Sequence record: PQ330092.1
DNA: 64,000 nucleotides
Reading direction: 5' to 3' (one strand)
Positions 34,455 to 45,027 of the stretch are shown piece by piece. Made by a program: the position numbers and the translations under genes. A model generated the notes under the pieces. It made no database searches, was not told the DNA's origin, and was given only the letters and a program-made list of their open reading frames with translations. How positions within the stretch are numbered: the first letter of the stretch is position 1; the number at the start of each line of letters is the position of its first letter.

Positions 34455-34778
34455 ATGGCTAAAACTATCATCAACACCGTTTCCCTGGCTGCAATCCATG
34501 CAATCAATGTTGACGGTAAACGTTGGACTGATTCATATGGCAATACTTATCATTCTTGTCATGTAAGCGTTGAACTGGATAACGGCTTGAATGATCTGGC
34601 GGTTGAATCATTTACTTATGGCTATGAGGATGCATATCAACAAACGGCGGTATCACTCTTAAAGGAATCAGTAGACGGGCTTGATACTGTTGAAACCTCC
34701 CTCTATCGTTTGTGCAATGATCTTAATATCCCGTTGCATTGTACTGTACAGGATGTAAAACGTAAAAAAGATCTTTAA
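34455..34778 (+). CDS. hypothetical (DTR copy 2)
   Basis: copy of 14341. Confidence 0.85.
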   Translation: MAKTIINTVSLAAIHAINVDGKRWTDSYGNTYHSCHVSVELDNGLNDLAVESFTYGYEDAYQQTAVSLLKESVDGLDTVETSLYRLCNDLNIPLHCTVQDVKRKKDL

Positions 34779-34858
34779 TTAGCTTTACTTTATGCAGATA
34801 CTTTGATATAGTGTCTGCATAGGGGAAAGAAATTAAATCAACTTAAGAGGATAGTAAA

Positions 34859-35128
34859 ATGAAAAATATCAGTACTTTAATCGATGCAGGTACACATGTT
34901 CGTCGGTCTATGGTTGCAACCAGTACTACAAAACAAGTAGCAAGCGGTTATCTTGTATTTGTGCACGATGGTAAACTCCTGGAACGTTCAATCAATTTTG
35001 ATGTTAAAAACAATTGCCGTTTTATTATCTTTAAGCGTGAACAATATAAAATTGATTTGCCAGCGAAGCCCATAAGCGGGGCGTACAACGTGCAATCATT
35101 GTTTGAGCGTCAACCATACACCTATTAA
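34859..35128 (+). CDS. hypothetical (DTR copy 2)
   Basis: copy of 14745. Confidence 0.8.
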   Translation: MKNISTLIDAGTHVRRSMVATSTTKQVASGYLVFVHDGKLLERSINFDVKNNCRFIIFKREQYKIDLPAKPISGAYNVQSLFERQPYTY

Positions 35129-35179
35129 TCAAAACATCGTTAGCGGTCGATTCAGGCCGCTTATATTGGGGATTATACC

Positions 35180-35452
35180 ATGAACGTTAATCAAGTACTG
35201 AATGAGATCGAAAGCATCATAAAACCGATGAAGCGTACTGATGCTATGTTAACACCGGAAGAATGCCGCCTTTATGAGCGTTACAGCGTCGAACAAGTCC
35301 AGGCGATGGCTATGGCTACCCCAGCCGTTAAACCGCCTGAGAATGCGTTACAGGACGTTACAGGGGATTATATCATTAATCCAGTACTAGGGAAGATGGC
35401 GGCAATCACCGAAGATCAACAAGACTACTTAAGCCAGTACTTAAAAGGTTAA
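35180..35452 (+). CDS. hypothetical (DTR copy 2)
   Basis: copy of 15066. Confidence 0.75.
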   Translation: MNVNQVLNEIESIIKPMKRTDAMLTPEECRLYERYSVEQVQAMAMATPAVKPPENALQDVTGDYIINPVLGKMAAITEDQQDYLSQYLKG

Positions 35453-35457
35453 TTAAT

Positions 35458-35667
35458 ATGCTTACTGTACAGGATAAGATCGACATCTTAAAGGTTAATA
35501 TGTATGTGATTGATGCCGTACCTGGTAAAGTATTTGCATACGATGACACCACTGTAAGCGATTTCTACTATAGCCAGGACGTGGGGGATCTTTCTGTACA
35601 GTCGGTTATTGAAAACGTAGTTAATGCAGCGTATGAGCATTTACTTTCAAATAGTACTTGCAATTAG
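35458..35667 (+). CDS. hypothetical (DTR copy 2)
   Basis: copy of 15344. Confidence 0.75.
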   Translation: MLTVQDKIDILKVNMYVIDAVPGKVFAYDDTTVSDFYYSQDVGDLSVQSVIENVVNAAYEHLLSNSTCN

Positions 35668-35736
35668 TTTTTAAACGCGTATAATGTTTTACATGAAGGG
35701 GAGAAATAGTACTCCCCACTAATTAAGGAATAGTAA

Positions 35737-35883
35737 ATGAAAGCATCAAAAAAGAGTACTAACAAGAAAGCACGTTCACCTTTCGCTGGGGTATTCCCTT
35801 TACGTTTCGTTGATGAAGTAGTTTCCTACCCGCCGGGCCTTACTCCTGAGATGGTAGAAAGTTTGCGTAAATCTAAAAAATAA
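35737..35883 (+). CDS. hypothetical (DTR copy 2)
   Basis: copy of 15623. Confidence 0.7.
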   Translation: MKASKKSTNKKARSPFAGVFPLRFVDEVVSYPPGLTPEMVESLRKSKK

Positions 35884-35964
35884 TACTTGCAATTAGTTTT
35901 CAGTACTGTATAATGTTTTACATCAAGGGGAGAAATGATTCTCCCCACTATCAGGAGAAACAAA

Positions 35965-36117
35965 ATGAAACAATATAATGCTCGGTTTGATGTTACTATC
36001 GGTAACGGCAAAGGTCAATTTTCTTTCAGTACTCGACGCAGTTATACAGAAAACTTCCTGCGTAATTGTGCACTGACCGCCGCTCAAATTAAACACTATT
36101 TTCAGGCTAAAAAATGA
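35965..36117 (+). CDS. hypothetical (DTR copy 2)
   Basis: copy of 15851. Confidence 0.75.
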   Translation: MKQYNARFDVTIGNGKGQFSFSTRRSYTENFLRNCALTAAQIKHYFQAKK

Positions 36118-36203
36118 AATCATTAGCTTATTACAGTTCGGCCCTGGTCGGTGCATTGATCGCGGCATTGTTAGTAACCTATCTATTCTTTATGGTGATT
36201 TAA
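36114..36203 (+). CDS. membrane peptide (DTR copy 2)
   Basis: copy of 16000. Confidence 0.55.
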   Translation: MKSLAYYSSALVGALIAALLVTYLFFMVI

Positions 36204-36338
36204 ATGAATCCTAACGGTATAATTTACAGTACTCCTAAAACGAAAGCAGACAAGGTAAACGCTAAAAAAGCGAAAGTAAAGGAGTACATCAAACAAGGAA
36301 TGACACGAAAGGCCGCAGTACTTAAAGCTAAAAAATAA
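36204..36338 (+). CDS. Lys-rich peptide (DTR copy 2)
   Basis: copy of 16090. Confidence 0.55.
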   Translation: MNPNGIIYSTPKTKADKVNAKKAKVKEYIKQGMTRKAAVLKAKK

Positions 36339-36552
36339 ATGAAAAAAGTGGTTGACTTCGGTCAGCCATTTTGCTATTATATATTCATTGAGAGATAGCT
36401 CACTAGCCCACAGGGTGCAGGAGTGTATCTATTGTATAAGTATTGAGTACTGAAAACTATTTTTAAAAAGTACTTGCAAACTATCTCAATAGGCGTATAA
36501 TGTTTTACATCGAAAGGGGAAACGGTTTCCCCTGGTAATAAGGAAACAAATC

Positions 36553-36894
36553 ATGACTATTGCAATTGCTCAATCTAACTTTGAAAATGAAATCATCGCT
36601 CAGACACTGCGTTTAAGTGATGGTCGGGCCGAAATTAATTACGGTTTCAATTCAGGCGGTTGTGAAAAATATCAGTACTTTGTAACGGCTGATGGCGGTG
36701 TCCTGGGTATCAATACAGTTATTGTAAACATCCAAAAAATTAATTTCAATGATCCAGACGATAGCCAGTTTTACATCACAGGCGTAGACGTGAACTATGA
36801 GGATGACTCACTAACTGATGATCACACTGGCGAGCGGTTAGAAAGTGCATACGGTGAAGATGATTATCAGTCCGGTCCAGAAGATTTCGAATAA
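36553..36894 (+). CDS. conserved hypothetical (DTR copy 2)
   Basis: copy of 16439. Confidence 0.85.
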   Translation: MTIAIAQSNFENEIIAQTLRLSDGRAEINYGFNSGGCEKYQYFVTADGGVLGINTVIVNIQKINFNDPDDSQFYITGVDVNYEDDSLTDDHTGERLESAYGEDDYQSGPEDFE

Positions 36895-36990
36895 TATAAA
36901 AAAATAGTTTGACAATAGATTATAGTACTGTATAATAGTTTACATCAAGGGGAGAAAAACTTCTCCCCACTAACAGAGAGAGAAAACAAA

Positions 36991-37203
36991 ATGGCTAATA
37001 TCCGCACTGTACTGAAAAATGCAAAACAAGTTTTATTTTCTGACCACGATTATTTTAATAAAGATATTACAGGCGTTCGGAATATCAAAGATGTAAAAAG
37101 TGTTATGGGTATCTATTGCAATATGAAACGTGTCGGCACGTTCGGCGATAAAGTACTATACCAGGCAGGGGATTACAATTTTACACTGACTATTATTAAC
37201 TAA
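36991..37203 (+). CDS. hypothetical (DTR copy 2)
   Basis: copy of 16877. Confidence 0.8.
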   Translation: MANIRTVLKNAKQVLFSDHDYFNKDITGVRNIKDVKSVMGIYCNMKRVGTFGDKVLYQAGDYNFTLTIIN

Positions 37204-37286
37204 AAATATTATCACAGTACTATTGACATAGTTTGATAGTACTGACATAATAACTTTTATCAACTACACTACTAAGGAATTAAAAA

Positions 37287-37466
37287 ATGGCTATCATCGC
37301 AAAAACTGAAATCGTTGGTATGGATTCTATCATCATGACGTTTGAAGATCAAAAAGGTATGTATGTAGTTTCCTATGGTGATTATGTTCGGGAGTATGAA
37401 ACGGTAGACGAAGCCTTTGAAAGTTACATTCGCCAGGTGAATAAAGCATACGACGACTACCGCTAA
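37287..37466 (+). CDS. hypothetical (DTR copy 2)
   Basis: copy of 17173. Confidence 0.75.
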   Translation: MAIIAKTEIVGMDSIIMTFEDQKGMYVVSYGDYVREYETVDEAFESYIRQVNKAYDDYR

Positions 37467-37556
37467 AATATATTACCAGTACTATTGACAACGTTTGATA
37501 GTACTGTATAATAAGTTTTATAAACAGTAGTTAACTTAACCTAAGAGAGAAATAAA

Positions 37557-37700
37557 ATGATCGCACTGGATTCATTCATCGACGCAGTACTGGCAAAAAC
37601 TGGCGAGGATCTGACCGCAGAACAATACGCGATGATCGAGCAATGTCAGCAAGACGGTAAATCGGTGAAAGATACTGTTAAGATTATCCGCAAGATGTAA
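37557..37700 (+). CDS. hypothetical (DTR copy 2)
   Basis: copy of 17443. Confidence 0.7.
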   Translation: MIALDSFIDAVLAKTGEDLTAEQYAMIEQCQQDGKSVKDTVKIIRKM

Positions 37701-37805
37701 GATTATAGCCCACTGGTTAACGCTGGTGGGCTTTAATTCATCACCCTATACAATGCCAGTACTCAACCGTTTATCTCGTTAGAATGCGTTACAGGACGTT
37801 TAACA

Positions 37806-38003
37806 ATGATTAGCATGAAATCAGTACAAAAACAAATAGAAACATTATCAAAAATTAAACGTAAACAGTACTCCTTAGAATATACAATCAATGGTAACTA
37901 TCATCTAATGAAAGAGAATAATTTTATAGTCATTGATGAATCATTGCAAATCATTAGTATAGTACTGAAAGCATTAATCAATGACAGAAAAAAATTAAAA
38001 TAA
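37806..38003 (+). CDS. hypothetical (DTR copy 2)
   Basis: copy of 17692. Confidence 0.55.
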   Translation: MISMKSVQKQIETLSKIKRKQYSLEYTINGNYHLMKENNFIVIDESLQIISIVLKALINDRKKLK

Positions 38004-38334
38004 TCTATTGACAATATCATCCAGTACTGGCATAATACTTACATCAAGACGAGAACGTCACTAACCCATAGGGTGCACAAATGTAACTGTATAATATTGA
38101 TCAAAAAATGATCTGATCAATACTTGATCAATTTGCGTAAAGTAGTATAATTCTATGCAGTTGGTTAGACGAAAGGTTATGATTAGTAGTGCAAGTGTAT
38201 AAAAATTTTCATGGTGTATCGTTCCGCACATATGGCAATGAATATGTGGTATCATGTGGATTGGAAAAAGTAAGAACAAGTAATATTATTGTCGCATTAC
38301 AGTACTATAGTATTTTTATAATGAGGTTAAAATA

Positions 38335-38592
38335 ATGGCTGTAGGATACGCGAAAGATGGGGCCGAGCAAGACGAGATTAACGCAGTGATTCAGGCCGCC
38401 GTTAACCACGCTAGAAAGCAAATTAACGCACAAATAGAATCACTGATACATTGCCTCGACTGCGGCGATAAAATCCCTGAGAATCGACGCCAGGCCGTTA
38501 TAGGGTGCATGTATTGTATTACTTGCCAGGAGGATCATGATAGTACTTTTAAAAGAGATCCGCGTAATTGTTGGCATAGATCTATGAGATAA
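38335..38592 (+). CDS. TraR/DksA-family C4 zinc finger (DTR copy 2)
   Basis: copy of 18221. Confidence 0.85.
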   Translation: MAVGYAKDGAEQDEINAVIQAAVNHARKQINAQIESLIHCLDCGDKIPENRRQAVIGCMYCITCQEDHDSTFKRDPRNCWHRSMR

Positions 38593-38656
38593 AAAGTAAT
38601 TGACAGTACTGAAAGATAGTGTATAATGTTTTATATCTTAACTGAGGATAGTAATC

Positions 38657-39013
38657 ATGGGAATACAACATATCACGCGTACTACTGACAATGGCGAGAT
38701 CACTGGCTATCAAGTACAGGGCAAAGTAGCACAATTGCAGTACTGGTTTGTTAAACGTGGAATCATTGCACCGGATCTTGATTATGACCGTGTAGCGTTT
38801 ATTGATTCTCTTTATGTTGATCCTGATAGTCGGGGCAATGGTGAAGGTAACGAATTAATGAATGCCTTTATCGATGCCGCCGATGATTCAGATTGTATCA
38901 TCTTAGAATGCGATACGGGAGAAGATAACGCCTTTAATCTTAAAGAATGGTACGAAGGTTTCGGATTCGAGGTATTGATAGATAGTGAATATCCTATCAT
39001 GATTTTATCATAG
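38657..39013 (+). CDS. GNAT acetyltransferase (DTR copy 2)
   Basis: copy of 18543. Confidence 0.85.
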   Translation: MGIQHITRTTDNGEITGYQVQGKVAQLQYWFVKRGIIAPDLDYDRVAFIDSLYVDPDSRGNGEGNELMNAFIDAADDSDCIILECDTGEDNAFNLKEWYEGFGFEVLIDSEYPIMILS

Positions 39014-39091
39014 TACTTGCATTTAGTTTTCAGTACTGTTATAGTACTTGCATCAAGGGGAAACATCTTCCCCTACTAAGAGGAAATAAAA

Positions 39092-39280
39092 ATGGAAAAC
39101 TTATCAAGTATTTTAGTACAAGATGATTTCGGTAATCCTGGAAGTGCTATCATTGTTCGGGGTAATAAAGCAACATTTGTTATTGCTGGTGGACCTGTAC
39201 AGCGTAGCATTAAAAACAATGCCGTTACTATTAATAATGTACGCTATCGCTTAGATAAAGAATTGATTCATAAACTGTAA
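39092..39280 (+). CDS. hypothetical (DTR copy 2)
   Basis: copy of 18978. Confidence 0.8.
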   Translation: MENLSSILVQDDFGNPGSAIIVRGNKATFVIAGGPVQRSIKNNAVTINNVRYRLDKELIHKL

Positions 39281-39307
39281 TATTAATTTAATAGAGGATA
39301 ACAATAA

Positions 39308-39631
39308 ATGTACATTCATACTACTATCACAAAGGAAGTCCGTTGCCAGTTCGAAAGTATTCCGGGCGTATGTTTCATCACTGGTACGTTTTCCCCTGGT
39401 GATCGTGATAATCCAGTACTGTTACAATTACGCCATCCATCATGGGATAAAGCATTTGATCTACCGTTGAATGAATTCGCAACTACTGCTGAAAAGTACA
39501 TTAAAAATATTCGCGAGAATGATCGACTATTCATTAATGCTTTTAGTGATGCCGCGTTAAGTGAGATCCATGCTGTATTGGTTGCAATCATGGAATCAAT
39601 GGAGAAAACTATATTCAAACAAGGTGAATAA
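39308..39631 (+). CDS. hypothetical (DTR copy 2)
   Basis: copy of 19194. Confidence 0.8.
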   Translation: MYIHTTITKEVRCQFESIPGVCFITGTFSPGDRDNPVLLQLRHPSWDKAFDLPLNEFATTAEKYIKNIRENDRLFINAFSDAALSEIHAVLVAIMESMEKTIFKQGE

Positions 39632-39714
39632 AAACTATTGACAATGCAATCTAGTACTGTATAATAAGTTACATGAAGGGGAGAAATGATTCTCCCCACT
39701 GAGAGGAAAGAAAA

Positions 39715-39927
39715 ATGCAAGGTCAACTAATCGTTCGTAAATGGTCTGATACTAACGAAAAACCGTGGGATGTACAATACATCGGACCGGATGGGGTATC
39801 ACGTTATCAGCCTGGCGTAACGCATAGTACTGAGCAATATGCCGCCGCTCACCGCGAACGCCTGTTAGAATCCATGAAACAGGGATTCTGTGAAAAATTC
39901 ATTCAAGATCATTGGCTGAAAGATTAA
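39715..39927 (+). CDS. hypothetical (DTR copy 2)
   Basis: copy of 19601. Confidence 0.8.
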   Translation: MQGQLIVRKWSDTNEKPWDVQYIGPDGVSRYQPGVTHSTEQYAAAHRERLLESMKQGFCEKFIQDHWLKD

Positions 39928-39944
39928 TAGAAGGAGTACAGCTT

Positions 39945-40037
39945 ATGCAAATGAATCCGATGATTATTGTTTTAGCTGTACTTATGATCATTCATGCAAT
40001 TGTAGAAGTATTAACGCAATCAGGAGTAATAAAATGA
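39945..40037 (+). CDS. membrane peptide (DTR copy 2)
   Basis: copy of 19831. Confidence 0.6.
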   Translation: MQMNPMIIVLAVLMIIHAIVEVLTQSGVIK

Positions 40038-40207
40038 TTCAAGTAGAATTATCAGTACTGAAAGATCTGTTTTATCGGATTGGTACTACTGGCGAATATC
40101 CGAAGGGTGATAATGCAAAACTTTACGTATCACTCGACTTATGGCAACGCGAACAATTAGCAACGTCCTGGCGTAAAGGTAAAGCAGATAGCGAGGTGAA
40201 AGCATGA
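40034..40207 (+). CDS. hypothetical (DTR copy 2)
   Basis: copy of 19920. Confidence 0.7.
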   Translation: MIQVELSVLKDLFYRIGTTGEYPKGDNAKLYVSLDLWQREQLATSWRKGKADSEVKA

Positions 40208-40353
40208 AAGAATTCTTATTCGAAGTAGTGTTTCAAGGTGTCGGTAGTAACCAACTGATTCGCTCAAGTGGTTACAATGTTAACCAGGCATGGAATAACA
40301 TTAAACAAATGTACCCGAACGCTATCACCTATCGCAACCCGAAAGAAGTTTAA
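40204..40353 (+). CDS. hypothetical (DTR copy 2)
   Basis: copy of 20090. Confidence 0.7.
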   Translation: MKEFLFEVVFQGVGSNQLIRSSGYNVNQAWNNIKQMYPNAITYRNPKEV

Positions 40354-40526
40354 AAAGAATTGAAAAAGGGATTGACTCCGGTCAGTCCCTTTGCTATTAT
40401 ATACGCATAGAAACAAATCAGCCCACAGGGTGCATAAATGTATCTATTGTTAGCTGGTGGCTAGTACTGAAAACTATTTTTAAAAAAGTACTTGCATTGT
40501 ACTTAGAATCAAGTATAATGTTTTAC

Positions 40527-40599
40527 ATCAGGACGGGGAACAAAACAAGTAACCCCGTTAAGTAGTCCAGGAGTAAGACATACGAAAACCTCCCCTGAT
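40527..40599 (+). ncRNA. pseudoknot ncRNA candidate B (copy 2)
   Basis: copy of 20413. Confidence 0.7.
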
Positions 40600-40668
40600 A
40601 AAAAAGATTGACAATAGTTTGAAGTACTGATAAAATAATCACATCAACTACTGATAAGGTAATACAAA

Positions 40669-40869
40669 ATGAAACAATTCACTTTCGGCGTAGTAGGTTT
40701 CCCAGTATCTAACGGTGTTTACAATTCAGAACGCGGTGCAAAAAATGCAGCAAGCCGGGCGTATGGTAGTCAGCGTGATCTCCAAGTAGGTTATATCAGT
40801 ACTATTAGTAACATGTTTATTCCAGTATCTCAGCGTAAAGCTGGTAGCATGAAATGGGAAACTATCTAA
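40669..40869 (+). CDS. hypothetical (DTR copy 2)
   Basis: copy of 20555. Confidence 0.8.
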   Translation: MKQFTFGVVGFPVSNGVYNSERGAKNAASRAYGSQRDLQVGYISTISNMFIPVSQRKAGSMKWETI

Positions 40870-40938
40870 TAAAATAGATTGACAAAGTATCTTAGTACTG
40901 TATAATACTTACATCAACCACTGATAAGGAAACATAAA

Positions 40939-41214
40939 ATGCGGATTCTACTGACAGCTAACGAAATCGAGCAAGTACTGACTACTAACCTGGAAGACTG
41001 GAAACGTGAAGCAGATATCCAGGCGGTTCAATGGCTTAACGATAAGTTAACGCCGGATGACTTAAGCAAGATTGTAGATCCTCAATTCTACGAAGATATC
41101 CACGACACCGCGTTAAGCGTCGAGGATGTACTTGATAAGCATTTTATTGATATTGATTTGCAGGTTTACGGTCGTAAAAACTTTATCACTATTCACGACA
41201 TTTACAATAATTAA
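40939..41214 (+). CDS. hypothetical (DTR copy 2)
   Basis: copy of 20825. Confidence 0.8.
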   Translation: MRILLTANEIEQVLTTNLEDWKREADIQAVQWLNDKLTPDDLSKIVDPQFYEDIHDTALSVEDVLDKHFIDIDLQVYGRKNFITIHDIYNN

Positions 41215-41301
41215 GTATTGACAAAGTATCTTAGTACTGTATAATAGTTTACATCAAGCGAGGGGAATGGTTCCCCTCCTAACAAAGAGAGAGAAATAAA
41301 A

Positions 41302-41625
41302 ATGACTATGATCCTTACCCAGAAAGTAGAACTGAAAATTGTAACCTCCTTTGACATTAAAGTTAATCGCTGGACTGATCGGAACGGTAACACTTACCAC
41401 TCTTGCTACGTGTCCGCGTTAATTGGCGACCGCTGGGAAGACCTGGGACATGAAACCTTTACTTACGGTTACGGTACACAAGGCGAATACACGGGCTTGG
41501 AGATCATTAAAGAAACCGTTATAGGTTTCAACCCGAAAGAAAAAGTTATTCACCGCATCGAGGAAGAGATCAACAAAGAAATAACAGTTCGCTACCACGA
41601 TGTAAAACGTAAGAAAGACATGTAA
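41302..41625 (+). CDS. hypothetical (DTR copy 2)
   Basis: copy of 21188. Confidence 0.85.
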   Translation: MTMILTQKVELKIVTSFDIKVNRWTDRNGNTYHSCYVSALIGDRWEDLGHETFTYGYGTQGEYTGLEIIKETVIGFNPKEKVIHRIEEEINKEITVRYHDVKRKKDM

Positions 41626-41720
41626 TAGAATCCATTTAAAGTACTATTTGACATTGCCCAGATAGTACTTTATAATAGACTCTAACTTGTAGTACTAACT
41701 TAACTAATAGGATGTATACC

Positions 41721-42116
41721 ATGATTACTAAATTCTACGCTACCCGTGAAGCTGCCCGTATTGTTGCACGCGAGGAAGGCGAAACATTTAAAGACATGGG
41801 CAAAGATGCACCGAAAGGTCAACGCTGGGCCGTACAGTTCAAAGAGATCTCTGATATTGTGAATTCACCGGAGCCAGTACTAACAGCAGCAGAACTAAAA
41901 CGAGCGGATTTACTGGCGTCAATACTTGATGCACAAGATGAGTTTATCGCTGATTCTGATATCAAAGTACAGACAAACCATACCGCATGGACTCACGCGG
42001 ATCACCTGGCAAACCTTAAGCGTCCAAGTGAACTGATTCGCAACCAGAAAGAGATCCGACACGACCGTAAGGGTAATCGTGTAACAGTATACAGTAAACG
42101 CCGCCAGGTTATCTAA
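41721..42116 (+). CDS. hypothetical (DTR copy 2)
   Basis: copy of 21607. Confidence 0.8.
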   Translation: MITKFYATREAARIVAREEGETFKDMGKDAPKGQRWAVQFKEISDIVNSPEPVLTAAELKRADLLASILDAQDEFIADSDIKVQTNHTAWTHADHLANLKRPSELIRNQKEIRHDRKGNRVTVYSKRRQVI

Positions 42117-42177
42117 TAACTTGCAGTACTAACAACACGGCGGGATCAGTTCCCGCCTTTTTTATAGGACAAACAAA

Positions 42178-42432
42178 ATGATTAAGGTTCAACTATATAA
42201 AGATAACATCTTACGGGTACACTATAAAGCACCTCAGAGAATCATCACAAAGGCCGTACAGCTTGCTAATGAGTTTATTAATGGTAACCTATTACCTAGG
42301 AAGTTAAGCAACGGGAAACTGCGTGTAATCGATGTAGACACTAACAACAGAATAGTAATAGAGAACACAGGAAAGATAAACCTTTATGAGCATCAACAAT
42401 ACAATAAGAAAATAAAACTAATATCACGTTGA
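42178..42432 (+). CDS. hypothetical (DTR copy 2)
   Basis: copy of 22064. Confidence 0.75.
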   Translation: MIKVQLYKDNILRVHYKAPQRIITKAVQLANEFINGNLLPRKLSNGKLRVIDVDTNNRIVIENTGKINLYEHQQYNKKIKLISR

Positions 42433-42485
42433 CAGTACTCAATTGTTTTAGTACTATGTACACATACCAACACGGGAGAAACAAA

Positions 42486-42704
42486 ATGAAATTATCTAAA
42501 ATCGAAAAGAAAACTATTGATGAAGCAGTTAAGCACGGTTATACCTTTCGTAATGATTCACATTTTACCAATTTTCAACAAGGGTATCGTACTATTAAAA
42601 AACTAATTGACAAAGGTTTATTAGTTGAAGTCAATAACGGTAACGGTATCGAGTATCAACCAACACAAGACGCATTTTATTTTAAGAAATATAATATTAT
42701 CTAA
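42486..42704 (+). CDS. hypothetical, possible wHTH (DTR copy 2)
   Basis: copy of 22372. Confidence 0.6.
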   Translation: MKLSKIEKKTIDEAVKHGYTFRNDSHFTNFQQGYRTIKKLIDKGLLVEVNNGNGIEYQPTQDAFYFKKYNII

Positions 42705-42762
42705 TTGACAGTACTCAAATGTTTTAGTACTATATGTACATACCAACACGGGGAAAAACAAA

Positions 42763-43005
42763 ATGATTACTTTAGAAAAACGTATCAAAGAAACTACATC
42801 GCTGGTGGAATTGTTAACAGTACTGAAATGTAAAACTACTCGGTTTAGTACACCGGACTTTATTAATATGGTTGATGTTAACGGTCGTTATCGTATTGCA
42901 GTAGAACAAGGCACGGCAAAAGTATTCAGTACTAAAAACACTAAGGAAGTGATTCACGCGGTTAGTGTAAAAAAAGTAGTTGCCATTGATAGTAAAGTAC
43001 TGTAA
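42763..43005 (+). CDS. hypothetical (DTR copy 2)
   Basis: copy of 22649. Confidence 0.75.
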   Translation: MITLEKRIKETTSLVELLTVLKCKTTRFSTPDFINMVDVNGRYRIAVEQGTAKVFSTKNTKEVIHAVSVKKVVAIDSKVL

Positions 43006-43036
43006 TATAGTTTCATTAACTCAAGGAGAACATGCA

Positions 43037-43621
43037 ATGCGTAATTATACTAAATTCATCCGTACACTGTCAGAAATGGAAACCAACAAAGAGATCCTTT
43101 CAGCTTGTCGGTTAGCTGGTCTGGAGATCATCGGGGCAGGTTCTTCCCGTATAGTTTTCGCTTTAAATGATCGGTTAGTGATCAAGGTCGCGAATTGTGA
43201 TGCGGGTGTAGAACAAAATGAAACAGAATGTAGGGTATGGAATTTTTTAGACTATGACCGCCCTCAGTTGAAACAGTTCTTCGCTAAAGTGCATATGCAT
43301 TTAAGCGATCCTGATAATATGTTTATTGTTATGGATCGGTTGAGTACTGCAAGTAAAGGCAGTGTAAAGCACGTTAACGCGTGCAATGAATTAAAGTACA
43401 ATATTAAACGTAATGCCATTGAACGCCAGCACCGCTTTGCTGATGCACTACAACACGTTGATGATACATTATCAACACTAACGATAAGAGATATCAGAAA
43501 ACAGAATATCGGCCAGGATCGCAACGGCCTTATTAAAGTACTTGATTACGGTTTAACCCGCAATATCTGGAATCAGTACTATAAAAAGCGTGATGTAAAA
43601 GCCGTAACTATAACACGATAA
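43037..43621 (+). CDS. protein kinase-like (DTR copy 2)
   Basis: copy of 22923. Confidence 0.8.
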   Translation: MRNYTKFIRTLSEMETNKEILSACRLAGLEIIGAGSSRIVFALNDRLVIKVANCDAGVEQNETECRVWNFLDYDRPQLKQFFAKVHMHLSDPDNMFIVMDRLSTASKGSVKHVNACNELKYNIKRNAIERQHRFADALQHVDDTLSTLTIRDIRKQNIGQDRNGLIKVLDYGLTRNIWNQYYKKRDVKAVTITR

Positions 43622-43843
43622 AAAAAGATTAAAAAAGGGATTGACTCCGGTCAGTCCCTTTGCTATTATATATTCATTGAGAGATAACTCACTGACCCAT
43701 AGGGTGCGGAAGTGTATCTATTATATAAGTATTCAGTACTGAAAACTATTTGATAAAAAGTACTTGCATTGTACTTAGAATCAAGTATAATGTTTTATAT
43801 CGAGAGGGGGAAACGGTTCTCCCTGGCAATAAGGAATAAAATC

Positions 43844-44065
43844 ATGACTACAATGACTTGCATTTACGCTTCCAATCTTCTGAATGATGCGGCCTTTAAT
43901 GTTGATTCAGAATATCAATGTTATCGGGATGAAAATAAAAAAGTTTTTGTAGTTGATAATAATGGTTTCCATATTGAATTACAATCCGGCTTCACTGGTG
44001 TTGATGGTAAATCAGTATGGGGCGTACAGGATGATAAAGGCACATATCATTTTAAACGTAATTAA
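43844..44065 (+). CDS. hypothetical (DTR copy 2)
   Basis: copy of 23730. Confidence 0.8.
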   Translation: MTTMTCIYASNLLNDAAFNVDSEYQCYRDENKKVFVVDNNGFHIELQSGFTGVDGKSVWGVQDDKGTYHFKRN

Positions 44066-44149
44066 GTATTGACAAAGTATATTAGTACTGTATAATAGTT
44101 TACATCAAGGGGAGAATAGTTCTCCCCGATACTAAAAGGAAACAAAATT

Positions 44150-44422
44150 ATGTCCAGCTACTCCGCTACTATGATCATTAAAGATATGAACGGTAATCCT
44201 ACTTCTGCTGGTGGATCATTTGGAAACATTAATTTAGATGGTCGGTTATCCATGCAATCAGCCATCGATGCAGCGAAAGAAGTTTTTAAGAATGAATGTA
44301 CTGTTAGTAAGCTGGATTATATGGGATTCGCTATCGAAAAAACTAATCGTTTTGTGAACTACAAAAAACCATTGATGATTGATACTAACCTGAAAGCTAA
44401 CGAAGTGGAGTACTTATTATGA
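44150..44422 (+). CDS. hypothetical (DTR copy 2)
   Basis: copy of 24036. Confidence 0.8.
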   Translation: MSSYSATMIIKDMNGNPTSAGGSFGNINLDGRLSMQSAIDAAKEVFKNECTVSKLDYMGFAIEKTNRFVNYKKPLMIDTNLKANEVEYLL

Positions 44423-44610
44423 CAGTTGAAGAAGTTAAAAAAGTACTGGCAGTACTACGCTATCATAATCATTGCAAGGTGAAGAATGATCCTGATTATC
44501 TCGATTCATCCCTGGAAGAGGATACACTACAAGCAATAAGCCATATGCAAAAAATGCTTAAGCGTATGACTGAAAAGAATAGACCGGACTATATCGGAAA
44601 TAAAATTTAA
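44419..44610 (+). CDS. hypothetical (DTR copy 2)
   Basis: copy of 24305. Confidence 0.75.
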   Translation: MTVEEVKKVLAVLRYHNHCKVKNDPDYLDSSLEEDTLQAISHMQKMLKRMTEKNRPDYIGNKI

Positions 44611-44696
44611 AAAGTACTTGCATTGTAGTTAGATTAACGTATAATGTTTTACATAGAGCGGGGGAATAGTTCTCCCGCCAGTCCAGGAGATACACC

Positions 44697-44960
44697 ATGA
44701 ACACTATCGAAATCACTATCAATGCACACGTATACGACAACGTAGTACTGCAAACTACTATGACCGCTAATGATACCAGTACTTTGCGGAATACTGTTAT
44801 TAGTGCCGTATGTGCTGCAATCGGTGATGTCGCCCTGGAAAATGCAAAACACGTAAACGATGGTTTCACTATGTGCAAACGTGATAACGCAAAACATATC
44901 ATCGTAGAAGGTTACGGCGGTGTAGAATATAATGTTTATATGAAAAAAGTACTTGCATAA
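44697..44960 (+). CDS. hypothetical (DTR copy 2)
   Basis: copy of 24583. Confidence 0.8.
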   Translation: MNTIEITINAHVYDNVVLQTTMTANDTSTLRNTVISAVCAAIGDVALENAKHVNDGFTMCKRDNAKHIIVEGYGGVEYNVYMKKVLA

Positions 44961-45027
44961 TAACTAAAACAAAGTATAATGTTTTGCATAGGGGGAGATA
45001 TCCTCCCCCACTAAAAGGAGTAATAAA